This document shows positions 37,932 to 53,300 of a stretch of DNA of 64,000 bases, piece by piece. The notes under the pieces were generated by a model. It was not told the DNA's origin. It did no database searches and saw nothing but the letters and a program-made list of their open reading frames with translations. The position numbers and the translations under genes were made by a program. Source of the DNA: Octopus sinensis (lineage: Eukaryota). The stretch is taken from NCBI RefSeq assembly GCF_006345805.1, contig NC_042997.1, positions 17,732,001 to 17,796,000 on the forward strand. Reading direction: 5' to 3'. Each line of letters starts with the position of its first letter. The stretch's first letter is position 1.

Positions 37932-39959
37932 GCATATATGCAGGCAGATAAATCTGTAGATAGGTAGCTAAGGTAGGTAGGTTAGATGAACTCAGATTAG
38001 TTTAGGTTGAAATGTAACTGCATTCATCAAACCAATAAACAAAAACTAAGTACGGGACTTGTTATGGGAAATGTTCAAACTTAAAATGTTCTGCATATTC
38101 TTTTTTTTTTTTTTGTTTTGCTCCAGATTAACCTTGAACAAGCACATTCTGTGATCAAAATCCATCTTATTTTTGGGCATAATATATCAGACTGTATCAT
38201 CTAATGTGTGTTTCCTATTTTTTAAAATGGTAGGTTTTGATATGAGAATAATATGGTTGTATTTCTCACAAGTTCACTAATCACATGAAGGCCTTTTCTT
38301 TGAATCAAACCAGCAGCTACTGCTGTTTCTTAAACGGTTGGTAGCCTCTCCCTTGATATAGTTGTTCAAGGTAAAGTGAGACTTATAAATAGCAGTGATC
38401 TTGCAGAGATGATAAGATACTAGTATCATTGACTGGATAATAAAATTGGCTGAAGCAAGCACTTCCTTGGACAATAATCTGGTAAATCTCTGCTTTTGAG
38501 CTGGTGCAGAGATGCAAGTACTGAGTATCAGCACTGGCTGAACCAGAATGTTATTAACAAAGTGTGTTTCTAGTCAATCAAAGTCCAACATGATGCTGTT
38601 TATGACTGCACACACGAGTACAATATACTAAATGAGGGACTTAAATATTATGGCCACTCATATGTTGATTGTCTTAGATGAATACACTAAGCAAAGAGCC
38701 TCCTCTTAATGCTGTGGTGTAGTGTGTTCATTTTCTCTATTGCAAATATTATGTTCTAAAAGCAGAAAAATAAAGGGAAAACTTTCATGAATAACCCAGG
38801 ATACAACAGTGATATATGTTAGATTACACCATATTTCAAAACACAGAGCTCAGAGATGTGAAACCAATTATCCAAAGGTTGTTGATGTCATGAAAATATT
38901 CTATTGCAGCATAGGGTCTGTCTGCGCACAAAGGTCCGAAAGCATAATCCTAATATTGACAGTTTTCAGCAAGAACAACTGTGTAACAAAAAAAAAAAAG
39001 AAAAGAAAAAGAAAAGAAATAAAAAATGGAAATAAACATACTCAGCTTTGAAACTTTGTATAGAAAGTTTCAGTGACTTAAGCTGTGACATTACTGTCAT
39101 TGACCAATATAACAATATGCCAAATCTGGATACGTTCGTATATGAATAGACTATATCTCAAAAGTTGTTCTAATATCTAACAGTCAGTGTTAGATTATGT
39201 TTCATTGATGAGTTCCAATAAAACTGAAACATGTCTGGGGTTGTCATCATATTGCTAAAGATTAGACTCATCATCAATGTATTCTACAATTAAAAGTGAT
39301 TAAAGTTTTAGGGTTGTCTTACATTTTTTTTACCAGTATTGATTAATCGTTTAGTTAATGATTGTATTTTTATTATTAAGATTGTAGTTTTAAATTAATT
39401 AAAATTTGCTGGGTTCTGCTACATCAAATATGCTTGTGACCACAATATTAGGTGGCTGTCAAATGTCAAGCATCTGGTAAATACAGCCTCTTAGAAGTGA
39501 AGGACCAAGGTAACATAATTATTCTGTTTGATATGCTCAAACAGGTAAAATATGACACAAGCAGCTAAAAGACATCACCACACTGCAGTTGTATAAAGAA
39601 TGAATAAAGGTAAAATAGTGACAAGGATACTTCTGTTGTTTTTAAAAGCTGTTCATAAGATTTTGGATTATGTCAATCTAGATCAAATCAGTAGAATTTG
39701 TATGCCTTTAGATGGGAGCAAGACAGTATCGGCATAATTTTCAAGCTGTATCAGATCCAAGGATCAAAGGTTGTTCTCACTTTTTGGTGGGTGAGAGCAG
39801 TGCTGTTAATTTAAGAATAGTCTTTGATAATGGCTCTAAAAATACTATGTGAATTATGTTCTCTAAATATGAGCAGGTAAAAAACAAAACAAAACCAAAA
39901 AAAAAGTTTAGAATTATTCAACTTTTCCTTGAAGGAAGGGTAGCTACAATCTTTCCCAG

Positions 39960-40074
39960 GGACAAGCTTCTGATACCTTTTCTTCTTCAAATGGATCCAA
40001 ATAATAGTATATTCTTGCATTTGTCCACTTCAAATTATTTTCACAATAATGCTGGAAACTGTATGATCTTCAGA
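39960..40074 (+). CDS. Candidate exon G (DKLLIPFLLQMDPNNSIFLHLSTSNYFHNNAGNCMIFR, phase 2-0)
   Basis: Acceptor ctttcccag, consensus donor AGA|gtaagt; lies within track ORF 39856..40167. An in-frame upstream acceptor at 39911 is also possible. Confidence 0.4.
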
Positions 40075-41314
40075 GTAAGTAAACATCTTAATTCAGTAAA
40101 ACTGTCACCATTGTATTGTATACAAAAAGAGGAAAAACAAGTCCAGACACAACAGAATAATAATTAGTGATTGATTGTTGTAGTCTGACACTTTGCTCTT
40201 ATGACACATAGAGCAGCAGATGCTCACTTGGGACATTGTTGACTCAGTTTGTTCTTGAAGCTAAATTCTATTGCTAATATTTGAACATAGACTAATGACA
40301 GAACCTTTAGGTGATAATTCAACATGCTAGAAATAGTAATGAAAATCTCTAGATTATACTGTTGTAATTAGAGAAAGGCAGTGCATTGGATGGTATGGTC
40401 CTGCATGGGCCATACTCAAGGCAGGATTAGGGTTTTGTGGGTAAAATGTCTTTGATCATGGGTGTGTTTAGACAAGGCTGACCTGAAACTGTGTGATAAC
40501 AGAAACTATAGTTGTTTTAAATATCCAGGTACTGTTAATAGCCAGTGTGCATTGAATCACAACTGGGAAAGCAACTATGCATCATAGATTTCCAGATCAA
40601 ATAGAGTGAGGAATAGTGCTTTACAGTAGTTAGTTATGGAGCTCCACGCTTTGAGTTTAAATCCTGCCAAAATTAACTTCATCTTTCCTCCATCTTATGT
40701 CAACAGAAAAAAGTTCCAATCAAGTGCTGAGCCACCACCAGACTTGTGCCGAAGCTCTAGGGCTTTGCATCTGAGTTAGTAATTTGGTGAAAAATGAGAA
40801 TGATGATTTATGTTATGTACTGTAAATAAATGTTGTTAGATGAGCTTAAAACTACTGCAATTTTGAATAAAGAGGTTCAGTTTTAGAGTTAGAATTAAGT
40901 TACGGCTAGGGTCAAGATTACAGCTAGAAAGCTTGAGAAAGAAAGGAAGAAAAAAAATATTATGATAATCTTCAAACCATGTATTTTCTAAGTTCTCACA
41001 CAAGATAGTTCAAGTAAATAGAGTTGCAATGCAACCTAAAATATTCTAAGAAATCTATTTTGTTTGAAGAACAAGCTGAAAGAGAAACTGAAATGAGTAT
41101 GGATAAATTCTGGAACCTTATTTTGGAAGGGGAAGGTCAGAGACACATTGCTTCCACTAGATTGCATAGAGATTAGAAGCAAAAGAAATCAGGTCCAGTG
41201 ACTTGGAACACATAAAACTGAGGAAAGGAGAAAGGAGAGAAAAATATCCGACAAGACTGCTGCTATGCAGTTATTGTTGGTTGTTGTTTCGTTGTTGATG
41301 TTATTGTTGCTTGT

Positions 41315-41515
41315 ACTTAGCCTCAGGTCAGTCCTGATCAAGCAAACTTACAATAAAAGGCATTTTAGCTTTGGCCATCCGGTTCTTTTACCAACCTGCT
41401 GGGGAACACATGACCATATTTTTAATGTATTCTGTTCTAAATTGGTAGGGTGCAATTTGAAAAAAACTTGGCTGGTATTCCTAGCAGATCTTGTGACCAA
41501 ATAGAGCCTTCATTA
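41315..41515 (+). repeat. Old unclassified dispersed repeat (related copies at about 38125-38295 + and 40315-40560 -)
   Basis: Shared caggtcag..ctgatc...ggtaggg...tggctg.tatt.ctagca motifs, aligned by eye. Confidence 0.4.
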
Positions 41516-41869
41516 TTTAATAAAATAGCAGTCAAATTTCCTTTATCTTCATATTATGTGAAGGTATAGTGGTTTATGTGACACTAGAAATATAAAAAGA
41601 GGGTATATGTTCCTGACTAGAATGCCTGTGACTACAAGTTTGAGTTTGTCCAAGCAAGGCTGAGCTGACCTGGGTCTGAGTAGTAGTGGTATTAGTGGTG
41701 GAGGTAGAGGAAGAAGAAGAAGAAGAGATAGTAGTAGTAATAGTAGTAGTAGTAGTTGTAGTCGTTAAAACTGCAATGAAGGAACATTACATGATTGTTG
41801 GGTGTAAGTTTTATGTTTGGTCATCATGCAGATACTGTACCAGAATAAGGGCTAAGCTGTAACTAAGAT

Positions 41870-42040
41870 ATATGTGTGTGTGTGTGTGTGTGGTGTGTGT
41901 GTACACACACAACAACAACAACAGCACACACATAGACACACTCACGTGCATACACACTTGCACATATATATGCATATAATGAAAGAGAGTGAGAAAGACA
42001 TGCAGAGATGAGCATACTTGTGTGTGCCAACGTTGTGTAA

Positions 42041-42082
<42 letters not shown>

Positions 42083-42330
42083 GCATTTGTGTGTGTACGT
42101 ATGTGTGTGTGTGTGTGTGTGGTGTGTGTGTACACACACAACAACAACAACAGCACACACATAGACACACTCACGTGCATACACACTTGCACATATATAT
42201 GCATATAATGAAAGAGAGTGAGAAAGACATGCAGAGATGAGCATACTTGTGTGTGCCAACGTTGTGTAAATGTGTGTGTGTGTGTGCGTGTGCATTTGTG
42301 TGTGTACGTGTGTGTGTGTGTATACGTTTG
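41870..42330. repeat. Near-identical tandem duplication, period about 229 bp, bounded by (TG)n
   Basis: The unit ggtgtgtgtgtacacacacaacaacaac...gccaacgttgtgtaaatg starts at 41892 and again at 42121. Confidence 0.9.
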
Positions 42331-42686
42331 TGTGTGTGTGTATGTGTGTGTGTTTGTGAGCTATCTATTTTAAGTATAAGCAGCCTCTGCTCTGGCTTGT
42401 CAGTTGGGACATTTATTATGATAGATTGTAACTTGGTAGTAATGGGCAATGTTTAGTGAATCGTATACATGTATCCAACTTTGTTTGTCATTATAAACAT
42501 ATACATGCCCTTACACACTCCTGCACATGTGCTCTACCACATACACAGAAATAACACACACACACACACACACACACCACACACACACACACACACATGT
42601 GCAAACAAATTTATGGTTAGTTTTATATATATGTGTGTGTATGTGTCTGTTCTTCCTATCCTTTGCTGTCTCTGGCTCTCAGTCTT

Positions 42687-42721
<35 letters not shown>

Positions 42722-42868
42722 TTCTCCCTCTCTTTGTCTCCCTCTCTATCTCTCTGACATACAATTTCTCACACAGATACATGTACAGGAATAGAAAGAT
42801 AGGTGTATCTGCTGTGCCTTAACAGTTTCTTGTATGTGTTTCTCCTTTCAGACACACACACATATGCA

Positions 42869-42911
<43 letters not shown>

Positions 42912-43652
42912 ATATATTCTATTATATATGCCTTTTTACCTATGAATGCATGAGCATATTTCTCTCCACAAATTGACCTCTCTCTCTTTCCCACTCTCTC
43001 ACCCTTTCCCTCTGTATACACACATACATGTATGTACACATGCATACATATACATACATACATACATACATACATACATACATACATACATACACACACA
43101 TACATACATACATACATACATATATACAAATACATATCTTCACACTCACATATATATACATATATATGCATGTGTATATGTGTGTGTGTGTGCATGTGTG
43201 ATTAGGTGCATGTAGTTTTATGATGGCACCTCCATCTGATTTTAACTTATGAGTTTTTGGCATTCAAGAGGGAAACATGTGTGATGTTTCTGTGTGTAGT
43301 TACAGCAGAATTTAGTAAAGTGAAAATTGGAATTGGAGAAACTAGTGGTCATTATAGTTACAACTACAGAATTGTGTGTGAATTTTTCCAGGTAACTGCA
43401 TAAGTTTGATGAATGTATTCATGTCACTGACATTGAAGCATGTCTGCATTAAACAACTTCTCATTAATACTTTGGAATCTGTTTTCTTTCAGCTACAGTG
43501 AAACATAAGCATCTCTGAAAGTCAGTGATAGTAAGTCCCGGAACTTGACATTCATCTACATACCATGGAGAATTTTGTTTAGATTGTATCTGAGGTGGAT
43601 GGAAGTTGGCACATGAACCATAATACATCTGGTATTTATTTCTTCTACACAG

Positions 43653-43734
43653 GATTGCTTATGTACTCTTGACTCCTTTATACACATACTCTATTTGACC
43701 AACCAAAACTGGTTAAATACTTTGATTGGGGAAG
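43653..43734 (+). CDS. Candidate exon H (DCLCTLDSFIHILYLTNQNWLNTLIGE, phase 0-1)
   Basis: Strong acceptor tttcttctacacag, weak donor AAG|gttcaa; could instead run on to a stop at 43758-43760. Confidence 0.3.
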
Positions 43735-46700
43735 GTTCAATTTCATCTAAATTGCACTAAGAATAGGTCACATATTGTACATATCTATGACAAAGTTGTC
43801 AAGGACTTATAGCAGGCTCCTGTATAATGCCCAAATCTTTGCAACATAAGCGACATTGAGAATACGATCATTTGCAGACATCTCCTTTGATCTTTAGTAA
43901 TACATTATGGTTGTGTTAGAGATGATGGAAAAGCTTATGAAAAGTGAGACTAGCATCAGCTAAACATCAAAGGTGATACTGAAGTTTATAACAAATGCAA
44001 GACATATGAAGGCATATACTATTAATAGTAACTGACCATTCTCAGGAAGTGGATTGCTCGATGAAAATCTTTTGTTGCAGAAATAAAGCAACCAATGATG
44101 TGCTGAGAGTCCACTTACATATATACCACATTATACAGTCACTCATCATCATCATCATCTTCAGTTTTTAATGTTCTTGTTCCTTGCTGGCATGACAGGT
44201 ACAATTCAATTTTGCCAGCTGAGTGGAGTGGAGCAATATGAAATAAATTGTCTTGCTCAAGGACATAATGAGCCACCAGGAACTGAACTCACAGCCTTAG
44301 GATCATGAACTGAATCCCCTAACCACTAAGCTATGTGCCTTCACTTGTACAAACACTAAAATACTTGTCACATAATATTGAGATCCTATATTTCAGATGT
44401 TCTTAAAAATAACAGGCAACAAGGGCTCCATACTGAGACTAGAAATGAGATGAAAAACAGAAATTAACCACTCTCCAACTACTTATGAGCACTCTTCAAA
44501 GATAAAGACATAGCCAACCTTAGACATGAATTGTACTTTCTAAGAATAACAATATTTGGAAATAACACACAGAAAGCCAGTGTGGTTAATGTGACTAAAT
44601 TTGCATCATCATCATTGTCATCAATAAAATCATTTGGATTTTCCAGCTGTTTTGAGAAGTACCATTTATATCCTAAGGTCAATTTATTTTCTTTTCAGGC
44701 TGTTTGTTTAGCAGGAAACAAATAATAAAAAATGGTTATCGAACCCTTTACATTACATAATCACATTTTCTAAATTCATCACTCATTTGTACTGGTGTAC
44801 GTGTTTCATTTACCAACATACTGTTTTCTCGCTTTAGGAAAATCACACTGTCATACACTCTAGATTACTACTGAGTAGAATTTTCTCACTATCATTTCTT
44901 TTAAACAGCATAACCACTCCTGCTTTACTATGATTTCTAACTCCAGACTACCCTCAGGATCATAGGACTTCTGAAGGTCCCACCAGTGGCCACTGACATT
45001 TGGCTGGGCTACTTATGGGGATTGCAGTAGTGATAATCAAAAACTCAACAGTAATGGTCCCTTTTCCCATCAACCATCAAAACGACATTAAATAGTTAAT
45101 GAAACACAGTGCAATATGAATAGCACTCAATTCATTGGTTAATTCTCCCTTCTAGATTTGGAAATACATGAGTTTTAGTTTAAGCAGCACCTGCCCCCAT
45201 ATTTCACTAACATGCAAGCCAAACTGACATGCCAAACTGACAAACTGACATGCCTCACTGACATGCAAATATCTTAATCCTTAACTCTTACTCATCTTTG
45301 TAGCCTAGATTTCAGTCTATATTCCAGGTTCACTTTGAAAGATGGTATCTGAAATATGTAGAATCTACTCTCCCAAATCTTCAATTCTTTTATCTGGATA
45401 GAAGCATTAAAAACTTCCAGTTGCAATGGCTCAAATTTTCTCTAAATTGATTTCCTACTTCCTACATTCTCTACATTCTCCAACCACCCAAAACAGCTTG
45501 TCTATCTTTTGTTCAAGACCAAGGATACCTACATCCCTTTATCCATTCTTAAAATCATCAACCATGGCAACATAAATAATTACATCTCTCCTTATTTTTC
45601 CCACACCTTTCATACTGACACTGCAGGTGTTAATATGCTGGATCTTTGCCATCCTAACCTCTCTACAATAATTATAATAGTTTCATCACTTACAGACATC
45701 TACTTCTAAAACACAAAACTTATGCTTGATCTCATTCTGGCTTCTAAACCCAGTTATATTTTTCTACTATTCCTGCTTTTATTTTCTCTGTTTAATTACA
45801 GTTACTTACTACATACCTCCATACTACACAATACTCAATACTGAAAGGCAATCACACCTACATTACCGATCTAGTTGTTCCTCCACCAGAAGCTTCGTAT
45901 TCCTGGAAGAAAATCTGCTTTATCTATGACTCATCAAAAACATCCATGCAGGGACCAAAGCCATCCTCTTACTTAGGCATATCCCCTCACATCTCTCATT
46001 TAACCAAAGTCCATAAACTAAATCTCTCAAATGGTTGGCTCAGAGTAGTATTTCAACAGTATATGCAATGAATACAAACAACATATAGAAACAATCACCA
46101 AATTCTCTCCAAAGAATGGATTTATTCAACATTGCTTCTTTGTAATACTATCATTGAAAAAACAAAACACCTTTAATGGATTGTATAGCATGGAAGCTCT
46201 CTCACAACTCTCAAAGTACAGTAGAGTCTTCTAGTTCCCTGTCAAGTTCACAGAAATCCTTTATTCACCATGATATTTATGTAAGCAATTGTAATAGAAG
46301 TAGAAAGCCTTCATATTATCTACTTATTTTGCATACTTTCAGAAAAACCTCCTTCAAAACAGTCTTTCTTTCATCCACCAAAAGCAACCAGTACACTTAG
46401 TAAAGTGTTTGGCATTATGAAGGGTTATCCAGCTGTAGAAACCATGCCACAAGGGACGACTGGTGCCTAGTGCAGCCTGCCAGCTTGCTACTTCTCTCAA
46501 ACTGCCCAACCTATGTCAGCATGGAGAACGAACGCTAATGAGGATAATGCTGATGCTGCTGATGATGATGACAGCGATGATATCAAAACCTTAAAAGGAA
46601 GTTTGGAATCTTAGTTTTTTTTCCTGAATTAGATAGTTGCATAGTACTTCTACCCAGAGCCATCTGATATATTAGTCTCTCATATTACCTGTATTGTGTC

Positions 46701-47110
46701 TCATCTCCAAGCTCAATACTAACCAATTTATGTAATCCATCATCTCTAACCATCAACCTCTTGGAATACCCTTCCACTTATGTTTTTCCTAACATACTTT
46801 TCTTTAAAATACAGATGGTCAAGCTGAACAAAACTATCACTCTCGAAGGACCTGTGAAAGATATGGTCATTGCTTTTTTGCTAGAAGAAAATTTTGTTTT
46901 GACACAAAATAAAAACAGGATGACCATAGCTGAAAATACCAATTAATAGCTATGTGTGATGGTAGATTTAGCCATGTGTGATGTGTAGTAGTGGTGTGTG
47001 GGACGGGTGCATTTGAGTTGGCTGTCTTCTAGTGCTGGTGGCTTGTGTTTCTTGTAGTGTATGTTTGTGATGATGAACATATATGATAAAAGATGAATCT
47101 GCTGGCGGTG

Positions 47111-47141
<31 letters not shown>

Positions 47142-48446
47142 AGTATGTTAGGGATGAGTACTTTGCATGCTGATGGTGATGGCATGGTTTTTCCCATAGT
47201 AGTGTGCACTGGAAGTGATGATATATGTTTCTGGTTTTGGAATCTGTAAGTGATGGTGGAAATAGTGGTGGTGTGTGTGTGTGGGATTTCAGTTAGCAGT
47301 GTTTGCTGCTGATGGCTTGTGTGGACAGTAGTGGAGGTGGTGGTGTCAGGGTGATGCTCCTGTTGTTGATATGAAAGATTTGTAGTAAGTACTACCTTGA
47401 CACAACAAACAAGAGGTGGGCTTAGGATTGGTGAGTCAAAGGCAGAAGACAAATGGGTCTATGGATATCACATGATAGGAAGCTGGGGTGAGGGGAATTA
47501 AAGGAAGTTTGACACACTCATAAATTCTAAGACACATACATAGTTCCTTACATATGCATGCAACATGATACACATATAAGCACACAGGTATGCAAAGCAC
47601 ATTCTTACATACAGAAATATGTGCATACTAAATACACACACAGACACTTGCATGCATATCATTATGCATATATAAATAAATACACATATGTTCACATGCA
47701 TACATTGAAATACATAAGCACAAGGTGGAAGTATACAAAGGCATATGTATTATTCCATATACAAATATATATATAAGCATGCACATATCTACTAATAAAG
47801 ATAAATACAAACACACATTCATGTAAACACACATTTATGTAAACTTCCACAGACATATGTATAAAAACATACAATTTACTATATATGTGTTTGTGTGTGT
47901 ATATATATATACACATATATAAATATATACATACATATACATACATATATATATATGCTTGTGTGTGTGTACACGTGTGTATGTATGTACATATATATAC
48001 ATATATATATATAATATTATATATACACACACACACACACACAACACACATATATATATATATATATGAAAAATCATATAATATAAAATGTACCCACCAA
48101 GTAAAAAATATAAATAAATTAAGCAAAACAGCATGAAGAAAATAACAATTTCTCATTCCCTCTCTCCACAAACACAAAACAATAAAAATACAGAAAATAT
48201 CTGCAGAAAAGTGTGGATTCTATCTGTATATAGAATGTAGCTGCTTCATGGCAGAATCTCTGGTGACATCCACTGCTAAGATGATAAGAAGTGAACAGAT
48301 AGTGAAAAATCTGATTTATTTATTGTTGTTATTATTTTTGCAATGTACAACGATGAGGTTTGTAAGGAGAAAGAATATCAGTCATGAATCAACTCTTTGC
48401 CCCTCAATATATATAGACTTTTTGGGGTTTTTTTTTATTTTTAGTG

Positions 48447-48775
48447 GTGGTGCATAGCTTAGTGGTAAGGGTTTTTGGCTTATGATCATTAGGTCATAAG
48501 TTCGATTACTGGTGGTGTGTTGTATCCTTGAGCAGGACACTTTATTGCTCCAATTCTCAGATGGTAGAACTGAGTTATACTGAAATTCAAAGGGCCAGCC
48601 TTTGTCATGTTCTGTGTGGCACACTGAATCTTTTTGAGAACTGCATTAAGGAAATGTGTGTTTGTGGAGTGCTCAGCCACTTGGACATTAATTGAATGAG
48701 CTGACTGTTCCATTGATCTGATCAACTGGAACACTAGTTGTTCTACCAATGAGGTACCAGTTTTTTTATATAAAT
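48447..48775 (+). mobile_element. tRNA-derived SINE, second family
   Basis: A-box-like tagcttagtggt and B-box-like agttcgatt, then tgtatccttgagcaggacacttta and body aagggccagcc...gagtgctcagccactt. Reverse fragments occur at about 9320-9470 and 44200-44345. Confidence 0.7.
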
Positions 48776-48787
48776 TTTTAAATTTTA

Positions 48788-49310
48788 TCATCATCATCAT
48801 CATCATTTAACGTCCGCTTTCCATGCTAGCATGGGTTGGACGATTTTGACTGAGGACTGGTGAACCAGATGGCTGCACCAGGCTCCAATCTTGATCTGGC
48901 AGAGTTTCTACAGCTGGATGCCCTTCCTAACGCCAACCACTCTGAGAGTGTAGTGGGTGCTTTTATGTACCACCAGCACGGGGGCCAGTCAGGCGGTACT
49001 GGCAATGACCTCGCTTGAATCTTTTTGTACATGCCGACACAGGTGCCAGTAAGGCAATGCTGGTAATGATCACGCTCGAATGGTGCCTTTTATGTGCCAC
49101 CGGCATGGAAGCCAGTTAGCCACTCTGGCAACGATCATGCTCGGATGGTGCTCGTGGCACCCTACTAGCACGAGCACAAGTGCCAGTAAGACAACGCTGG
49201 TAACGATCACACTTGAATGGTGCATTTTATGTGCCACTGGCACGGAAGCTGGTTAGCTGCTCTGTCAACGATCACACTCATATGGTGCTCTTTGCACCCC
49301 ACTAGTACAT
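48788..49310 (-). mobile_element. RTE 3' UTR copy with alternating tandem units
   Basis: CAT tail, then tttaacgtccgctttccatgctagcatgggttggacg; units at 48955-49300. Confidence 0.8.
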
Positions 49311-50225
49311 ATGCCAAATGATGGAAAACAAAGTTGATCTCTAATGGAGTTTGTATACAGCACTGTAAAAATTTGAACTAATTCAACTACAGTTGTTTGA
49401 TTGACTAAATAACCAGATTCTCTGCATTAGTGCAAGTGAAAGAATATTCCACAGACATGTATACTATGTCACAAATACAATTCTCAAACAGGATCAATGT
49501 GACAATGCATGACAGGGCAGAATCTCCAAGTTCCCTCCTTTCTACCAAAGGAGCACAGGTATTTTCATGCACACACGTATACACATGATGGAATTTCTGC
49601 TTATTAAATCCACTCACAAGGCTTTATTCAGCCGAAGGCTATAATAAAAAAAAACACTTGCTAAAGGAGCTGTACAGTGAAACTGAGCATGAAATTATGT
49701 GATTGGGATCTGAACTTCTTACTCACCCAGCAATGCCTGCACCTATCCATGCTGGTATCTTTATATGCCTAGGTACAATTCATTTGATGGGCTTCTACAT
49801 AGTTTCCATCAATCCAATTTCTCTCTCAAGGTTGACATGAGATTAAATAAAATGCTACTTGTCGAAGATGTCATGCAGCAGAATTGAAACCAATTGTGAA
49901 GTGAATTTCTTAATCACTTGGCTATACTGCATGCACAAACATCTGAACTATATTTTCTATAACCAACTGAATTGATTCTAGAACATTACTGATGATTATT
50001 TGATTTATTCTGAAGGTATTTAAGACAAAGTCAACCTTGGTATGATATGAACCAAGTATGTTGAGACTATATGCCCTACTGATGCTATGGAATTAGCTCT
50101 CAAGTCCAATGACAGTAACTTTTTAGAATATTCTGTTTGTTATTAAGCTATGTTTGAATGGTTCCACCTACATATTGACATAAATGTATGCCTGTGTATA
50201 TTTTCAATTATGTAATGTGTAAATA

Positions 50226-50314
<89 letters not shown>

Positions 50315-53300
50315 TAGATAGATAGATAGATAGATAGACAGATAGATAGCTACACAAATCAAAATCTATCAATCTCTTTTCTTCCTCCCTCTCTCTCTTT
50401 GTTTCTCTCTCTCTCTCCATATATATCTATACATACCTACATACCTATCTATTTATCTATATATATATTATGTATCTATAGGCATATGCAGTTTATATCA
50501 TTATTCTTTCAAATGTGCAAGTTGACTAACAGTTTTGATTAGTTATTTTTAACTATTAGAGCAGTCTCTATAGCAAATTGTATGGTTGCATTTTCTCCTT
50601 TTAATTAACTTTTCATTTTATTATTTTCCTGCATGTGCACACAATACGAAACAACATTTAATTTTATATTATAATTTTGAAAAATTTGTAAAGCTTTTAC
50701 TTTTGGGAAAATAATAGCTTTTACTATTCAGGAAAATATAAAAAAAAGGTGGAAATATTTTATTCTATTGCATTGTATAAATTGAATTAGCACTTGTAAA
50801 ATTCAGAGCTATCTGCATCATCGTGGTTAATGGAAAAGTAACGGCTGGAGTCACAAGGAAATAATTGATTCTTACATAAGCATGAATTCCAGAATCAGAG
50901 TTGAAATGTTCATATGTTTCCCAAAGGTGAAAGGAATGTAATGTACGCAATAATAATTTCTAATCCACCACCTGGGCAGGCCACATCTTCATCATCTACT
51001 TCATTTCGCTTTAAAAACAACCTCCTCTTGTGTTTATCACACTATTCAGCCTTATACCTATATGGTACCATCCAGCTTTTCCTTTCCTCATTGCTCTCAT
51101 TGTACTCATCTATTACTCCCTCACTCACTGCCTCTTATCATCTCATTGTTCCTTCGTCACAGCTTCTCTGTCTCCTCATCACTCTCTCTAATCTCTCTCC
51201 CTCTAGCTTACCCCTCATGACCTCCACACCACTCTTTCTTCAATGTCTCTCTCATAATTTCTCACCACCCATGTCTATTTCTTCATTTCCAATATACCTT
51301 CCATCCACACTCACTCTTATAATGTAGGATAGCCCTGCACAACCTGTCTTATCAACCTTTCCATTCTATTCCTCCCTTTCTCAACAACCTCTGACACTAT
51401 CCCTTCCCTATTCTCTTTTCTCTGTTATATACTCTCCCCCAACAGTATCTACTTAAGTTACTCTCTCCACAACCACCTTCTCACAATTATAAATCTATTC
51501 TTCTCATCTTACCTTCTCCTCCCTTATCACCCCATCTAAAATCATCATACACTCTTCCTTCTATTCTTGCTTACTTATAGGCACCACTTCAGTTCCATAG
51601 TCTTGTAAGCTGCAAGATGATCGCACTGAAGCTGCTGCCATCCAACTGTAGAAACCATGCCAAAGTAGACATTGGAATATGACTCAGTCCTGTACCTCAT
51701 TGGATACGATGGAACTGTCAAACCCATGTCAGTATGAAAGACATGTTAAATGATAATGATGATGATGATGTTGATGATGACAACGACTGAGGCTACTAAA
51801 TTTTACTTAATTAGTTAACCTTGTACTATTACAGTCATAACTGTTCCCAACTTTGGCTCATGGTTAACAATTTTTACTGGAGGTTGGCAGCGTTTTTGTT
51901 TGATAGTATGTAATAGACAATGTTGAATATGTTTTATTACATTTGACAGTAGTCAGGATATATTGGAAAGAGAATATAGAAAAGAAGGCTTGGCTTTTGT
52001 TTAAAGGCATATTTTGTAATTTGAAAACTTATTTTTTAATATTCTACAGAATGGAGATAATGTAAATTTAGCAAAAACTTTCTTAGGAATAATTCACAAA
52101 TTGTTCTTGTAAATAACATTAGATTTAAGACAAGTGATAAAACAGTTAAAGTTTAGATAAATAAATTAGCATGTCATTAAAACTCTGTTCACATGTGTTT
52201 TGTAATTAAAACAAACAGAGACGACTTCAGATCTCTTTTATTTTCAACAATTTCTCTGATCTAATCTTTTACTGGTTTGTACTTAGATGATAGTGTTAAT
52301 TGCAAAGCTAGGATTTTCATTATGAAAACATTTCTCATTCAGCTTAGTATACTTCAGGGTAACCCAGGGCAAGTTATTTTACTCTACTTATTTACATCTT
52401 TGTAAATGATAGGTTCTCTGACATGATTTCTGAAGACAGGTTCTAGGTTAGATTTCTGAAGAACTCAAATCATAAAACCTAAATCGATTGGCACAATCAA
52501 CACTTCTGAATTAAAAACAAAATAAAGCTATTTAACAAATATTCAAATTTACAGTATGTAAATAGGAATAGGAACTATTAAATTAAATAAAAAGAAAGGT
52601 TAAAAAGTTATAGCTGTTAATTTTTTAAAAGAATTCAGCTAAAGAAACCTTTGGGATATTTCCAGAATATGGCACCGACATGAAGGTTAAAGCATATAAC
52701 ATGACATTTACAACCATAAAGGAACATAGAAAGCATGAAATTAATAAGTGAAAATATTAGAAAATGACTATATCATGACTAGATTTTGTTCAGCAGCTGC
52801 AAGTGAGACTTACGGAAGTAAGAAGAAGCAAGTAACAACATGGGATAAATAAGCAAGATAGAAAAGAAGTTTGTACATAGAGCAAGGGTCATGCAAGACA
52901 GCAATAATCACAATGGCTGAATGCCAAGAGAGATCAAGCAGTAAGAGAGAAGGGAAATGAATGTAAAGATGAAAAGACAGGATAAAATAGGAAAGCTGTA
53001 ATTAGAGACAAAATATAAAGTATAGCAAAGAAGAGAACTAGTGAATGTGATACTCAAATGTGCTAATGAGAAAAGGCAATGATGTGTATAGAATAACTAA
53101 ATAGTTGGTAAAGATATTAAAGATATAATTGAGAAAAAGTGGGTGTGTAATACTTTGATAAAAAGGACAAAGATGTGTGCAAGTATTATTATAAAATGGA
53201 GTTTAATTAAGGTATAAGATGAAAATAAAATGACTAATACTCACATTGACTTAACTGCAGTGTATTTAGGTTGTATACATAAAGAATACATAAAAATTCA

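Noticed and set aside
38277-38534. 85-aa minus-strand ORF with protein-like composition
   Set aside because: No recognisable motif, no donor site, its end overlaps an old repeat, and ORFs of this length occur by chance here.
43493-43530. Segment with strong acceptor (tttctttcag) and donor (gtaagt)
   Set aside because: Stops in all three frames; possibly a poison or non-coding exon but unsupported.
45250-46400. Possible very old Penelope-like RT (KVHK...LRVV at about 46005-46050)
   Set aside because: Only one weak motif; too decayed to call.
46943-47452. 169-aa minus-strand ORF
   Set aside because: Low-complexity T/H-rich translation of a GT-biased tract with no domain signal.
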